Source: Myxococcota bacterium
Lineage (GTDB): Bacteria > Myxococcota_A > UBA796 > CAJQPC01
Reading direction: 5' to 3'
NCBI GenBank assembly: GCA_036229005.1
Contig: JAZAMN010000003.1
Coordinates: 32,001 to 96,000, forward strand
DNA: 64,000 bases
How positions within the stretch are numbered: the first letter of the stretch is position 1; every line of letters starts with the position of its first letter. A program made the position numbers and the translations under genes. The notes under the pieces are model-generated. The model was not told the origin of the DNA. It was given only the letters and a program-made list of their open reading frames with translations, and did no database searches. Positions 39,780 through 49,124 of this stretch are shown piece by piece.

Positions 39780-40781
39780 ATGCAAACGATTCCAACCAAA
39801 CCTTACTGCGATCTCCACATCCACGTCGGCTCCAGCGTCGCCCCGCACGTGATGTGGTCCATGGCCCACCAGCAGGGCTTCAAGCTCCCCACCCGTGACT
39901 ACTGGGAGTTTGTCGACCTGATCACCGCCAACCCGTCCAAGGTCAAGAGCCTGGACGACTACCTCAAGATCCTCCACGTCTGGACGGAGCGCATCCAGTC
40001 CAGCCCCTTCGCCGTCGAGCGCTCGGTCTACGAGATCATCGGCAAGGAGTACCGCGGCTCCCGCGTGGAGAAGATCGAGCTGCGCTTCAACCCCATGAAG
40101 CGCAACCTGGAGGGCCAGCGCGATCTGGACCACATCATCCACGCCGCCCTGCGCGGCATGGACCGCGCCACCCTGGAGTACGGCGTCGAGGCCGGCCTGA
40201 TCTTCTGCCTGGCCCGCGAGTTCGACCCCGAGCTCAACGAGATCATCCTGGAGAAGGCCATCAAGTACGCCCACCGCGGCGTCGTGGGCATCGACCTGGC
40301 CGGCACCGAGAAGCACAACGTCGAGCTCTCCGACTCCGTGGGCAAGTACGCGGAGATCTTCCAGCGCGCCCGGGACGCCGGGCTGGGCACCACCGTGCAC
40401 ACCGGCGAGACCGCCAACACCGCGGGCGAAGGCGTCATGGCCGTCATCCAGAAGCTCAAGCCGCACCGCATCGGCCACGGCGTGCGCGCCTCCTACAACG
40501 AGGACGCCACCAAGATGCTCGCCGACACCGGCACCGTGCTGGAGATCTGCCCGACCTCCAACCTGAACACCCGCGCCGTCATGCACCTGGAGGAGTTCCG
40601 CTACGTGCTCTCCACCTTCCAGGACGCCGGCGTGCTGTTCACGATCAACACCGACGGCACCTACCTCTGCGAGACCAACATGCACCGGGAGCACCGCCTG
40701 CTCACCGAGTCGGGCATCCTGTCTCCCGAGGCCGCCGACCGCGCGCGCCTGCTGGCCTTCGAGGCGAGCTTCATCCAGTAG
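39780..40781 (+). CDS. Adenosine deaminase-family amidohydrolase
   Basis: DLHIH, ELRF, GIDLAG, VHTGE, RIGHG, LEICPTSN, INTDG. Confidence 0.92.
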   Translation: MQTIPTKPYCDLHIHVGSSVAPHVMWSMAHQQGFKLPTRDYWEFVDLITANPSKVKSLDDYLKILHVWTERIQSSPFAVERSVYEIIGKEYRGSRVEKIELRFNPMKRNLEGQRDLDHIIHAALRGMDRATLEYGVEAGLIFCLAREFDPELNEIILEKAIKYAHRGVVGIDLAGTEKHNVELSDSVGKYAEIFQRARDAGLGTTVHTGETANTAGEGVMAVIQKLKPHRIGHGVRASYNEDATKMLADTGTVLEICPTSNLNTRAVMHLEEFRYVLSTFQDAGVLFTINTDGTYLCETNMHREHRLLTESGILSPEAADRARLLAFEASFIQ

Positions 40782-40788
40782 CGCAGGC

Positions 40789-40822
40789 AGAAGTGGGGGC
40801 TGTTTTGCTCCCACCTTCTTTT
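40789..40822 (+). terminator. Intrinsic terminator after the deaminase gene
   Basis: GAAGTGGGGGC-TGTTTT-GCTCCCACCTTC followed by TTTT. Confidence 0.75.
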
Positions 40823-40847
40823 CGGGAGGAGCGGGCTCGGGGGTCCA

Positions 40848-42209
40848 ATGGGCATGACCGCACACCTTTGGGCCCTCTTGGCCTGCCACAACCCCCCGGA
40901 ACTGACCTGCGCCGTCGAGGCACAACTGCCCGCACCCGAGCCGTGGAGCGAGCAGCCCGGTCACCTGCACCCCTACATCGGCCAGATCGGGAGTTGGGAC
41001 GGCGCGGGCGGCGAACTCGACGGCTCCAGCAAGGTCCCCGCGCTCGACCAGCAGGTCGAAGCGGGCCTGTCCTGGACCTTCATGCCCCTTCACTGGAGCG
41101 AGCTGGAGCCGGACGGCCCGGCGGACCTGAGCGGGCCGCTGCCTCCCGAGTGGGAGGCGCTCGAGGCCTTCGTCCTGGAGGCCCACGCCCGCGGTCTGAA
41201 CGTGCTGGTGCAGGCGCCGGTGGTGGGCGGGAACAACGGGGGGCCGCCCGACTGGGTGGGCGCGGTGGAGAAGGGCCGCTCCGCCCCCGCGGACATGGAG
41301 GCGGCGTTCGACTTCTGCGGGACCCTGGCGCAGCGCTACGCCCCCGGGGGCACCCTCTGGCAGGAGCAGGGCGTGTCCGATTGGGGCGTTCAGGCCTGGG
41401 AGCTCGACAACGAGCCCGGCAGCTACCGCACCCACTGGGAGCAGCAGGAGGAGGACTTTGGCGACTTCTTCGCCGGCTGCGCCCAGGCCATCCGCGGAGT
41501 GGATCCCGACGCGCAGATCGTCGGCCCCGCCCTGGCCGCTGGGCAGGGGAACACCGTCTGGTGGGAGGACGTCCTGGCCAGCGAGGCTGAGCCCGGCCTG
41601 GATCTGAGCGTCTTCTCCTTCCACAGCTACGAGGGCATGGACAGCATCGGCCCCGACCGCCGCAGCGAGTGTGTTCTCTGGGAGCAGTACGGGGCCTACA
41701 GGAGCTGGGCGGAGTCCGCTGGCGTGACGCCGACCACAGCGGCCTGGCATACCGAGGGCGGCTTCGACTTCCTGGGGCGTCTGGGCGGCACCCAGCGGGC
41801 GCGCTGGCGCATGCAGTGGTCCGTCCGCCTACTGGGCCAGGGCGCCCACAAGATCACCTTCAAGGACCCCAAGGACGAAGAGCTGGTCGTCCAGGCCCTG
41901 CTCTCGGAGCACCTGGCGGACCCGTGGCCCCTGGAGGACCGCACCGCGGAGCTGGGACTGGGTGAGTTCGGGGGAGCCTGGGTCCATGAGGAGGAGAATG
42001 GAGGGGCGGTCTGGGTCTTGTGGCCCACCAACGGAGACCCTGCCGACCAGGACATCTGGCTACCCGTGTCCGCCAGCGAGGTGCGGCTGTTCGACTCCTC
42101 CGGAGAGACCTGGACGGAGTCTGCGCAGGACGGGGAGGTGCTCCTGAAGCTCAGAGGGTCCCGCCGATACAGCGAGACCCTCTTGGTTGTCGACCCAGGG
42201 GACGACTAG
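40848..42209 (+). CDS. Clan GH-A glycoside hydrolase-like lipoprotein (GH39/GH5-like)
   Basis: Lipobox LLAC; WSELEP, WELDNEP (acid/base), SFHSY, HTEGG (nucleophile). Confidence 0.72.
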   Translation: MGMTAHLWALLACHNPPELTCAVEAQLPAPEPWSEQPGHLHPYIGQIGSWDGAGGELDGSSKVPALDQQVEAGLSWTFMPLHWSELEPDGPADLSGPLPPEWEALEAFVLEAHARGLNVLVQAPVVGGNNGGPPDWVGAVEKGRSAPADMEAAFDFCGTLAQRYAPGGTLWQEQGVSDWGVQAWELDNEPGSYRTHWEQQEEDFGDFFAGCAQAIRGVDPDAQIVGPALAAGQGNTVWWEDVLASEAEPGLDLSVFSFHSYEGMDSIGPDRRSECVLWEQYGAYRSWAESAGVTPTTAAWHTEGGFDFLGRLGGTQRARWRMQWSVRLLGQGAHKITFKDPKDEELVVQALLSEHLADPWPLEDRTAELGLGEFGGAWVHEEENGGAVWVLWPTNGDPADQDIWLPVSASEVRLFDSSGETWTESAQDGEVLLKLRGSRRYSETLLVVDPGDD

Positions 42210-42227
42210 CTCCGATCCCCCGGAGGA

Positions 42228-43943
42228 CTAGTCGTCGCTGCGCGGGCGACGGCGACGGCGCTTCTTGGCGCCCCCTTCCTTGGCCTTGGCCGCGTCCTTC
42301 GGCTTGGCCGCGTCATTGGGCTTGCTGGGCTTCTTGGCGGCGGGCTTGTCGCCCTTGTCGCCGCGGGGCTTGCGCTCGCCGCGGGGCTTGCGCTCGCCCT
42401 TGTCGTCGTCGCGGCGGCGGCGGCCACGGCCACCCTTGCCACCGCTCTTGCGCTCGGACTTGTCCTCGCGGGCCTCCTTCACGTCGGACACGGAGTCCAG
42501 GCCGCCCTCCTGGGCGCGCTTGTTCCGCTCGGACTCGAAGAAGGTGTAGAGCGCGGTGGCCAGGAGCATGTCGCCCTTGAGGCCGTCCATCTTCTTGAGC
42601 GCCTTGACCAGGCCCAGGTAGCCCTCGAAGGCGGTGGTGCCCATGGCGGACTCGATCGCGGAGACCTGGCGGTCCACGCGGAGCTTGTTGGCTTCTTCTG
42701 CGGTGGGCATGATGCGCTCCTCGAACTGGATGTCGAACTGCCGCTCGAGCACCATGCGGGTGCTCAGGTCGGGGCCGCCGACCAGCGAGATTGCGGTGCC
42801 CTTCTTCCCGATGCGGCCGGTGCGGCCGATGCGGTGCATGTAGACCGCGGGGTCCTGGGGCAGGCTGTAGTTGATGACGTGGGAGAGGTCGGAGATGTCG
42901 ATGCCGCGGGAGGCGACGTCGGTTGCGACCAGGAACTGCACGGCGCCGGACTTGACCCGGGCCATGACCTTCTCGCGCTTGCTCTGGGGCAGCTCACCGC
43001 TGATGAGCTGGGCGTCCAGGCCCTGACGGTCCAGGAAGGTGGCCACGGTGGAGGTGTCTTCGCGCGTGTTGCAGAAGATGATGGTCGAGCCGGGGGTCTC
43101 CTGGTCGATCACCGCGAGCAGGGCCCGCACCTTGTGGAAACCAGGGCTGGTCTCGTACAGGATGTGGTCGATGCCCTCGACCTTGTCCTGGTCGGTGCTC
43201 AGCAGGACCTCGACCGGGTCCTTGAGGTGGCGCTGGATCAGGCGCTTGACCTCGGGGGCCACGGTGGCCGAGAAGAGCAGGGTCTGCGCCTCGGCGGGGC
43301 ACTTCTTGAGGATGCCGGTGACGTCCTTGTAGAAGCCCATCGAGAGCATCTCGTCGGCCTCGTCCAGGCAGTTCACCTTGACCTTGGACAGGTCCAGGTT
43401 GCCGCGGCGGATGTGGTCCGCGACGCGCCCGGGGGTGCCCACCACGATCTCGACGCCCTCCTTGAGGGCCTCTTCCTGGGGGCCCATGGAGACGCCGCCG
43501 TAGATGGCCATCACGCGCACGTCCTTGTGCTTGACGATGGCCCCCAGCTCCTTGGCGATCTGGTTGGCGAGCTCTCGGGTGGGGGAGAGGATGATGCCCT
43601 GGGTCACCCGGGCGCCGCTCTCGACGAGCTCGCAGATGGGGAGGCCGAAGGCGGTGGTCTTTCCGGTGCCGGTCTTGGCCCGGACGAGCATGTCCCGACC
43701 CGCCAGAGCCGGATCGATGCTCTCGGCCTGCACGGGGGTGGCCATGGTGTAGCCCATCTCGTTGAGGCCCTGGAGGAGCTGCTCGGAGATGGGGAAGGAG
43801 TCGAAGCTGCGGCCGGAGTTGTAGTCCTTGCCCTTCCGGCCCGGGGATGCGGGCTGCGCTTCGGCCTGGTTGTCGTTGTTCGCGGCTGTCTCGCCGCTGT
43901 CGGCCGACTGCTCGGCCTCGTTCTCGGAGCGATTCTCGCTCAT
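42228..43943 (-). CDS. DEAD-box ATP-dependent RNA helicase
   Basis: TPVQ, AKTGTGKT, PTRELA, TPGR, DEAD, SAT, HRIGRTGR; basic C-terminal tail. Confidence 0.97.
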   Translation of the reverse strand: MSENRSENEAEQSADSGETAANNDNQAEAQPASPGRKGKDYNSGRSFDSFPISEQLLQGLNEMGYTMATPVQAESIDPALAGRDMLVRAKTGTGKTTAFGLPICELVESGARVTQGIILSPTRELANQIAKELGAIVKHKDVRVMAIYGGVSMGPQEEALKEGVEIVVGTPGRVADHIRRGNLDLSKVKVNCLDEADEMLSMGFYKDVTGILKKCPAEAQTLLFSATVAPEVKRLIQRHLKDPVEVLLSTDQDKVEGIDHILYETSPGFHKVRALLAVIDQETPGSTIIFCNTREDTSTVATFLDRQGLDAQLISGELPQSKREKVMARVKSGAVQFLVATDVASRGIDISDLSHVINYSLPQDPAVYMHRIGRTGRIGKKGTAISLVGGPDLSTRMVLERQFDIQFEERIMPTAEEANKLRVDRQVSAIESAMGTTAFEGYLGLVKALKKMDGLKGDMLLATALYTFFESERNKRAQEGGLDSVSDVKEAREDKSERKSGGKGGRGRRRRDDDKGERKPRGERKPRGDKGDKPAAKKPSKPNDAAKPKDAAKAKEGGAKKRRRRRPRSDD

Positions 43944-44093
43944 TGATTTTTCTCCGCTTTCGCGATGGTGCGCGCTCGGCGCTCTAAACAGGGGCTCTTC
44001 CTATCCCTTGGAGCCCCTGAGCACCACAGGCGGCGGCGGGTGCGGGCCCCTGGACCTCTGGTTAGAGCCGCCACCTTCAGGCAGGAGCCACTG

Positions 44094-45071
44094 GTGGAGC
44101 AGCGCGCGCAAGACCTCGCCCAGATGCTGGAGGGTGCCCAGCGGGTGCTCTTGACCGGCCCCGTCGATCCGGACGGCGACTCCATCGGGGCCTGTCTGGC
44201 CCTGTCCCAGATGGTCCAACAGCGCTTCCCGACGGTGCAGGTCCAGGTCGCTGGAGACCCCGGGTTCCGCTACGCCAGGCTGCCCGGCGCGGACGGCATG
44301 ATCCCTGACGCACAGGTTGGGCTGGACCACGATCTGGTGGTGGTGATGGACGGCGACAAGGATCGCCTGCACCCCCAGGTGGAGGCGGCGTTCAAGGCCG
44401 CTGGGGCTCGCGTGATCGTGGACCACCACCGGACGACGGGCACCGACGGCTACGACCTGGCCATCCTGGAGCCCCAGGCCGAGAGCACCTGCGGCATGGT
44501 CCTGCGCATCCTGGACGCCTGGGGGTTGTCCCTGGACGCCGCGATCGCCGCGAACCTCTACACCGGGCTGATCTTCGACACCGGCGGCTTCCGCTACACC
44601 AACACCAGCGCGCAGACCCTGCGGGACGCCGCCCGGATGCTGGAGACCGGCATCGATCACGCCCAGCTCTCCATCAACACCCTGATGGAGCGTCGGGCGC
44701 AGGGGATGCGGCTGAACGCCCGGGTGCTGGATACCGCGGAGTTCTCGCTGGGCGGGGAGCTGCTCTGCGGGGTTGTGACCCAGGCGCTGCTCAGCGAGCT
44801 CGGGGCCACACGCGCCGACGTGGAGGGCATCGTGGATGCGATGGTCTACGTGGCGGGCGTCCAGGTCGCGGTCCTGTTCATCGAGCGCGGGCCGGGGGCG
44901 ATCAAGCTGTCCTTCCGGAGCCGGGGTCGCGTGGACGTCGCCGCGGTGGCCCGCAGCCTCACCGAGCGGGGAGGGGGGCACGCCAAGGCCGCCGGGGCCT
45001 CGATGGAGGGAGGCATGGACCAGGTGCGGGCGCAGACGGTCGCTGCGCTGGAGGCTGCGCTGCGGGGCTGA
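44094..45071 (+). CDS. DHH/DHHA1 phosphoesterase (NrnA-like)
   Basis: PDGDSIG, DHH, DTGGF, SFRS, GGGHAKAAG; AGGAG before GTG. Confidence 0.93.
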   Translation: MEQRAQDLAQMLEGAQRVLLTGPVDPDGDSIGACLALSQMVQQRFPTVQVQVAGDPGFRYARLPGADGMIPDAQVGLDHDLVVVMDGDKDRLHPQVEAAFKAAGARVIVDHHRTTGTDGYDLAILEPQAESTCGMVLRILDAWGLSLDAAIAANLYTGLIFDTGGFRYTNTSAQTLRDAARMLETGIDHAQLSINTLMERRAQGMRLNARVLDTAEFSLGGELLCGVVTQALLSELGATRADVEGIVDAMVYVAGVQVAVLFIERGPGAIKLSFRSRGRVDVAAVARSLTERGGGHAKAAGASMEGGMDQVRAQTVAALEAALRG

Positions 45072-45082
45072 ACCCTTCGCCC

Positions 45083-45955
45083 TCAGTGCTGCTCGTCGAA
45101 GCCCACGCTCCCGCCAACCGGGAGCAGGCAGGGCTCGTGTCCGCAGCTTCGGATCTCGCCCAGGAAGCCGGGCAGATCCACGCCGGGGAGACAGCGGGTG
45201 GGCTTGGACAGGGGGCCAAAGAACCAGTCCCAGTGGCAGGGGACCACCAGCTTGGGCTTGAGTGCCGCCAGGATCTCCTGCGTGTAGCCGGGGCGGTACT
45301 TGCGGCCGATGGCGCAGAGGCACACCACATCGGCCTCCAGGCCCTGCAGCAGCTCGGTGCGGTAGTCGGCGGAGTCCACGTGGACCACCTTGAGGCCGCC
45401 CCAGTTCACCCACCAGGTGTAGACCGCGCCGTGGCGCAGATCCGTGGTCCTGGGCGGCCAGCGGACGGGCTTGGGGATGTCCCCGGCCAGGCTGACCCGG
45501 TTGAAGTAGACCCGCCCGTGCTGGCTGGGGAGCGCCCTGGCGATGCCACCCGACAGCTCGATGTCCTCGTTCTCGGGCACGATGCGGATCTGGTGTTCGG
45601 GCAGCCCATAGCCCCGGGCGATGTTGGCGGTGTCGACGCTGCCCCACAGAGTCGCTCCCGTCTGCTCACAGAGAGCGGGGGCATCCAGGGCGTGATCGTA
45701 GTGGGAGTGGCCCACGAGCACGTCGTCCGCGCGGGGGATCTCGCGGCGCAGGGTCGCCTTGTCCACGGGGAGGGGGAGCAGGGCGGTCCGCAGCAGGCCG
45801 GGACGGCTGATGAAGGGGTCGAACACCAGGGTCTTCTGGCCGGACTCCAGGGTGAACCCCGCCGTGCCCAGCCAACGCAGGGTGTGGTGGCCCTTGAAGG
45901 GGCCCTGCCAGTACCCCTCGGTGGGGGCGGGCCGCGTGGCCAGGCGCCGGATCAT
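45083..45955 (-). CDS. Metallo-beta-lactamase-fold hydrolase
   Basis: WLGTAGF, DPFISR, HSHYDHALD, PCHWD. Confidence 0.9.
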   Translation of the reverse strand: MIRRLATRPAPTEGYWQGPFKGHHTLRWLGTAGFTLESGQKTLVFDPFISRPGLLRTALLPLPVDKATLRREIPRADDVLVGHSHYDHALDAPALCEQTGATLWGSVDTANIARGYGLPEHQIRIVPENEDIELSGGIARALPSQHGRVYFNRVSLAGDIPKPVRWPPRTTDLRHGAVYTWWVNWGGLKVVHVDSADYRTELLQGLEADVVCLCAIGRKYRPGYTQEILAALKPKLVVPCHWDWFFGPLSKPTRCLPGVDLPGFLGEIRSCGHEPCLLPVGGSVGFDEQH

Positions 45956-46329
45956 TCGGCGTCGGCGGGGGGCTCGACCGTGGCCTGCTCGCCGCCCTTG
46001 GGGGTGATCTCCAGGCCGTCGCCCTCCTGCACCAGGCCCACCTGGGAGAGGTCCAGCACGCAGGCGCGCTCGGCCATGCCGACGACCTTGGTCCCGGGTT
46101 CGATGGCGACCACGCGCTGGCTGACGCCGGCGTCGATGAAGCCGGTGGTGCACTGGGGGGGCGTGCAGCCGGCCACGTACTCTTCGCCCTTGAGGGTCAT
46201 CTTGGCGGAGCAGGCGGTCTCGTACGTGGAGCCGATGCCCTGGGTCATGGACATGGACTCGGCGCAGCCGCTGAGCAGGCCGAGGCCCACCAGGGCGAAC
46301 AGAGCGGACGGGAGGGTGTGTGCACGCAT
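45952..46329 (-). CDS. Small Cys-containing lipoprotein
   Basis: Lipobox LSGC; four further Cys; stop overlaps next ATG (ATGA). Confidence 0.75.
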   Translation of the reverse strand: MRAHTLPSALFALVGLGLLSGCAESMSMTQGIGSTYETACSAKMTLKGEEYVAGCTPPQCTTGFIDAGVSQRVVAIEPGTKVVGMAERACVLDLSQVGLVQEGDGLEITPKGGEQATVEPPADAE

Positions 46330-46410
46330 GCCCAGGGTCTAACCAAGGCATCGGAGGCTGGCCCGAGACTCCTCTCCCAGAGGGCGCGAGAGGGGGTTAG
46401 TCGGCGGCCC

Positions 46411-47157
46411 ATGCAGCTCACACCCTCCGAAGACGAGAGCCTCGACCAGCTTGTCGGGGACTGGCGGATCTTCCAACTCCGCCGCGGCCACCGCTTCTCC
46501 ACCGACGACCTGCTGACGGCCTGGAAGGCCTCCCAGGTGCGTCCCCAGGCCAGGCGCTACTGCGATCTGGGCTCGGGCATCGGCTCGGTGGGCCTGATGA
46601 CCCTGTGGAACCTCCCCCGGGACGCCCACATGACCACGGTGGAGGTCCAGGAGGTCTCCTACAAGCTCGCCCAGCGCAGCATGGCCATCAACGGCCTGCA
46701 GGACCGCACGCGGCTGCTGCACGGAGACATGCGCGAGACCGACGCTGGCGGCCCCTACGAGCTGGTCACCGGCTCGCCGCCCTACATCCCCCTGGGCAAG
46801 GGCGTGGTCAGCCCGCACCCCCAGCGCGCTGGCTGCCGCATGGAGCTCAAGGGCAGCGTGTTCGACTACTGCGAGGCCGCCGCCCGCATCCTGGAGCCGG
46901 GCGGGCGCTTCGTGTTCTGCCACAGCGGCGTGGACCCCCGGCCCGAGCAGGCGATCCCCGCGGCGGGGCTGACGCTGCTGGAGCGCCAGGACGTCTACTT
47001 CCGCGTGGGCAAGCCCCCGACCATCGCGCTGTTCGTGTGCGCCTGGGAGGGCGAGCGGCAGGACGCCGAGCCGCTGGTGATCCGGGACGAGGCCGGCCAG
47101 TTCACCGCCGCCTACCGCAAGGCGCAGGCGGAGATGGGGAACGCCGGCAAGGGCTGA
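46411..47157 (+). CDS. tRNA1(Val) A37 N6-methyltransferase-like (TrmN6/YfiC family)
   Basis: GHRFSTDDLL, DLGSGIGSVG, VEVQ, GSPPY. Confidence 0.82.
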   Translation: MQLTPSEDESLDQLVGDWRIFQLRRGHRFSTDDLLTAWKASQVRPQARRYCDLGSGIGSVGLMTLWNLPRDAHMTTVEVQEVSYKLAQRSMAINGLQDRTRLLHGDMRETDAGGPYELVTGSPPYIPLGKGVVSPHPQRAGCRMELKGSVFDYCEAAARILEPGGRFVFCHSGVDPRPEQAIPAAGLTLLERQDVYFRVGKPPTIALFVCAWEGERQDAEPLVIRDEAGQFTAAYRKAQAEMGNAGKG

Positions 47158-47161
47158 GCGC

Positions 47162-49066
47162 TCAGGCCGCCTGCTTGAGGCTCCGCGCCGGCAGCGTGAA
47201 GGTGAAGCAGGTTCCAGCGCCCGCCGCGCTCCGCACGGTGACCTGGCCCTCCAGGCGCTCCAGCGCGGCCTTGACGGAGGCGGTCCCGACGCCGCGGCCC
47301 GAGAGCTCACTGACCTCCTCGCGGGTGCTCAGGCCGTCGCTGAACATCGCCGCGACCCGATCTGAGTGGGTGGAGAAGGGGAGCCCGGCCGCCCTCGCCT
47401 TCACCTCCAGCTTCTCCCACTGGATGCCCCGGCCATCGTCCTCGACCTCCAGGTGAAGGCCGTCGGGGCGCTGGAGGAGCCGGAGACCCACCCGCGCCGT
47501 AGGGGGCTTGCCCAGGGCGGCGCGCTCCTCGGGCGGCTCGATGCCGTGGTCGACGCTGTTGCGCAGCAGGTGGACCAGGGTGGACAGGAAGCGGCTCCAC
47601 TCCGGGCTGCCCACGCGCACGTCGTCGGCCTCCACCCGGCACTCCAGCGGCTTGCCGACCCGCGCACCCAGGGCCTCGGCGCTGCGGGCCAGTCGCTCCA
47701 GGCTTCGGCTCGCGGGCTCGTGGCGAAGAGATGCCAGGGCCTCGCTGAGGGCGTCGTAGGGTACACGCGCTCGCACCTGGGCCTCGAGCCGCTGCAGATC
47801 CTCCTCCCGGATGTCCAGGCCGTTGTCCCCCAGCCAGCCCTGGATCGGCGCGATGGCCTCGTTCCAGAGGCCCTCCAGGTGCCGGTGCTCCTCTTCGGTG
47901 GGGCAACGATTCAGCTCCAAGCAGAGGTCCTCCAGCCGGTGAGCGGCCTCGGCCACGCGCGTGAGCCCGTAGAGCCCAACGCTCCCCTTGAGGGTGTGGA
48001 GCGCCCGCATGGCCTCGACGCGAGATCCCGGCGCCTTCAGGGCCTGGAGAAGCGCCTCCATCTCCTCGACGAAGGACACGACGCCACCCCGGTCCTGCCG
48101 CAGGTGGTGGATCAGCTCGGCGGTCTGGAGCTGGGCGGCCTCCGCGTCGGCGCGGGCCACCTCGTCGCTGCGGTCGCTCAGGATCGCGAGCCAGCGTCCG
48201 TCCTCCATCGGCTCCAGGGCGAGCCCCAGGGTGCGCTCTCCGCAGCGGATCGCCTTGGGGAGCTGCTGCATGGCGACCTCCTGCGGCAGCAGCCCTTCGG
48301 AGAGGCTCTCAAGCGCGAGGTCCAGCCAGTCTCCGGCCAGAGGATCCTGCTGGGCCACCCAGTCCGCCAGGTGGCCTGACGCCGGGCGCTCCCCCAACCA
48401 GGCCTCGAACTTGGCGGAGGTCTCCCGGCCAACGCGGCCATCCCGGAGCACGGCTGCGAACCCCTGCGAGGCTGCATCCACCAGCATCCGGGTCTCCGCT
48501 CGGCGGGTCTCCAGGGCCTCCAGGGCTCTCAGTCGTGCGGACTCGAAGAGCGCCGCGAGGCCCCAGGCCAGCAGGTTGACGATGACCCGGCTGACCGCGA
48601 ACACCTCGGGGGGATCCAGCTCCGCAGGCCAGCTCGCGGGATCCACCTGGAGGGTGAGGCCGACCACCAGCAGGATGTCGATCAGGAGCCAGGCGAGCGA
48701 CTGCCGGTTGCCCATCAGCAGGACCGCCATGAAGGGCCCCAGCGGGATCCAGCCGGCGGGGGAGGAGAGCAGGCCCCCCTTCTGCTGGCACGCGATCACG
48801 ATGCCCGCAGTGGTCGCCGCCAGCAGCAGGTGTGGGGTGAGCTTCCAGGCCTGGGTCTGGGCCAACAGGGGGATGCCCAGCAGGATCGAGAGGCCAAAGG
48901 CGAGCGACACCAGGCTCGCGGTGGGGTTGCTGCTGAGCCCGACCAGCGCGAACACCGCGGCCATCGCCCCGGTCACCAGCGCGAACCCGATGGTCAGGCT
49001 CACCCGATGGCGGGCGTGACGGGGGAGCCCCGCTGGCAGCAGTCGGGTCCAGAGCGCTTGGAACAT
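47162..49066 (-). CDS. Membrane-bound CheA-like histidine kinase (TM region, Hpt, CheA-type HATPase, no CheW domain)
   Basis: About 5-6 TM; LHTLKG Hpt; HLLRNSVDHGIE, EDDGRGI, GLST...SGRGVG; ends FTFTLP. Confidence 0.88.
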   Translation of the reverse strand: MFQALWTRLLPAGLPRHARHRVSLTIGFALVTGAMAAVFALVGLSSNPTASLVSLAFGLSILLGIPLLAQTQAWKLTPHLLLAATTAGIVIACQQKGGLLSSPAGWIPLGPFMAVLLMGNRQSLAWLLIDILLVVGLTLQVDPASWPAELDPPEVFAVSRVIVNLLAWGLAALFESARLRALEALETRRAETRMLVDAASQGFAAVLRDGRVGRETSAKFEAWLGERPASGHLADWVAQQDPLAGDWLDLALESLSEGLLPQEVAMQQLPKAIRCGERTLGLALEPMEDGRWLAILSDRSDEVARADAEAAQLQTAELIHHLRQDRGGVVSFVEEMEALLQALKAPGSRVEAMRALHTLKGSVGLYGLTRVAEAAHRLEDLCLELNRCPTEEEHRHLEGLWNEAIAPIQGWLGDNGLDIREEDLQRLEAQVRARVPYDALSEALASLRHEPASRSLERLARSAEALGARVGKPLECRVEADDVRVGSPEWSRFLSTLVHLLRNSVDHGIEPPEERAALGKPPTARVGLRLLQRPDGLHLEVEDDGRGIQWEKLEVKARAAGLPFSTHSDRVAAMFSDGLSTREEVSELSGRGVGTASVKAALERLEGQVTVRSAAGAGTCFTFTLPARSLKQAA

Positions 49067-49084
49067 ATGCACCTTCCAAGCGGC

Positions 49085-49113
49085 CTATCGGAATCGCCAG
49101 CGGCTACCGTGAG
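49085..49113 (-). promoter_or_regulatory. Candidate sigma28-like promoter CTCA-N18-CCGATAG upstream of the CheA-like kinase
   Basis: Minus strand CTCA cggtagccgctggcgatt CCGATAG. Confidence 0.4.
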
Positions 49114-49124
49114 CGCTCAGCCCC

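Noticed and set aside
42350..42400. 18-bp coding repeat (GERKPR x2) in the helicase tail
   Set aside because: Ordinary low-complexity basic tail of DEAD-box helicases
44140..44185. DHH protein motif I reads TGPVDPDGD instead of xHxxPDxD
   Set aside because: Metal-binding DxD, DHH and GGGH are intact; a minor variant
47154..47165. Perfect palindrome CTGAGCGCTCAG joining two convergent stops
   Set aside because: Explained by the genome's preference for CTGAG stop context on both strands
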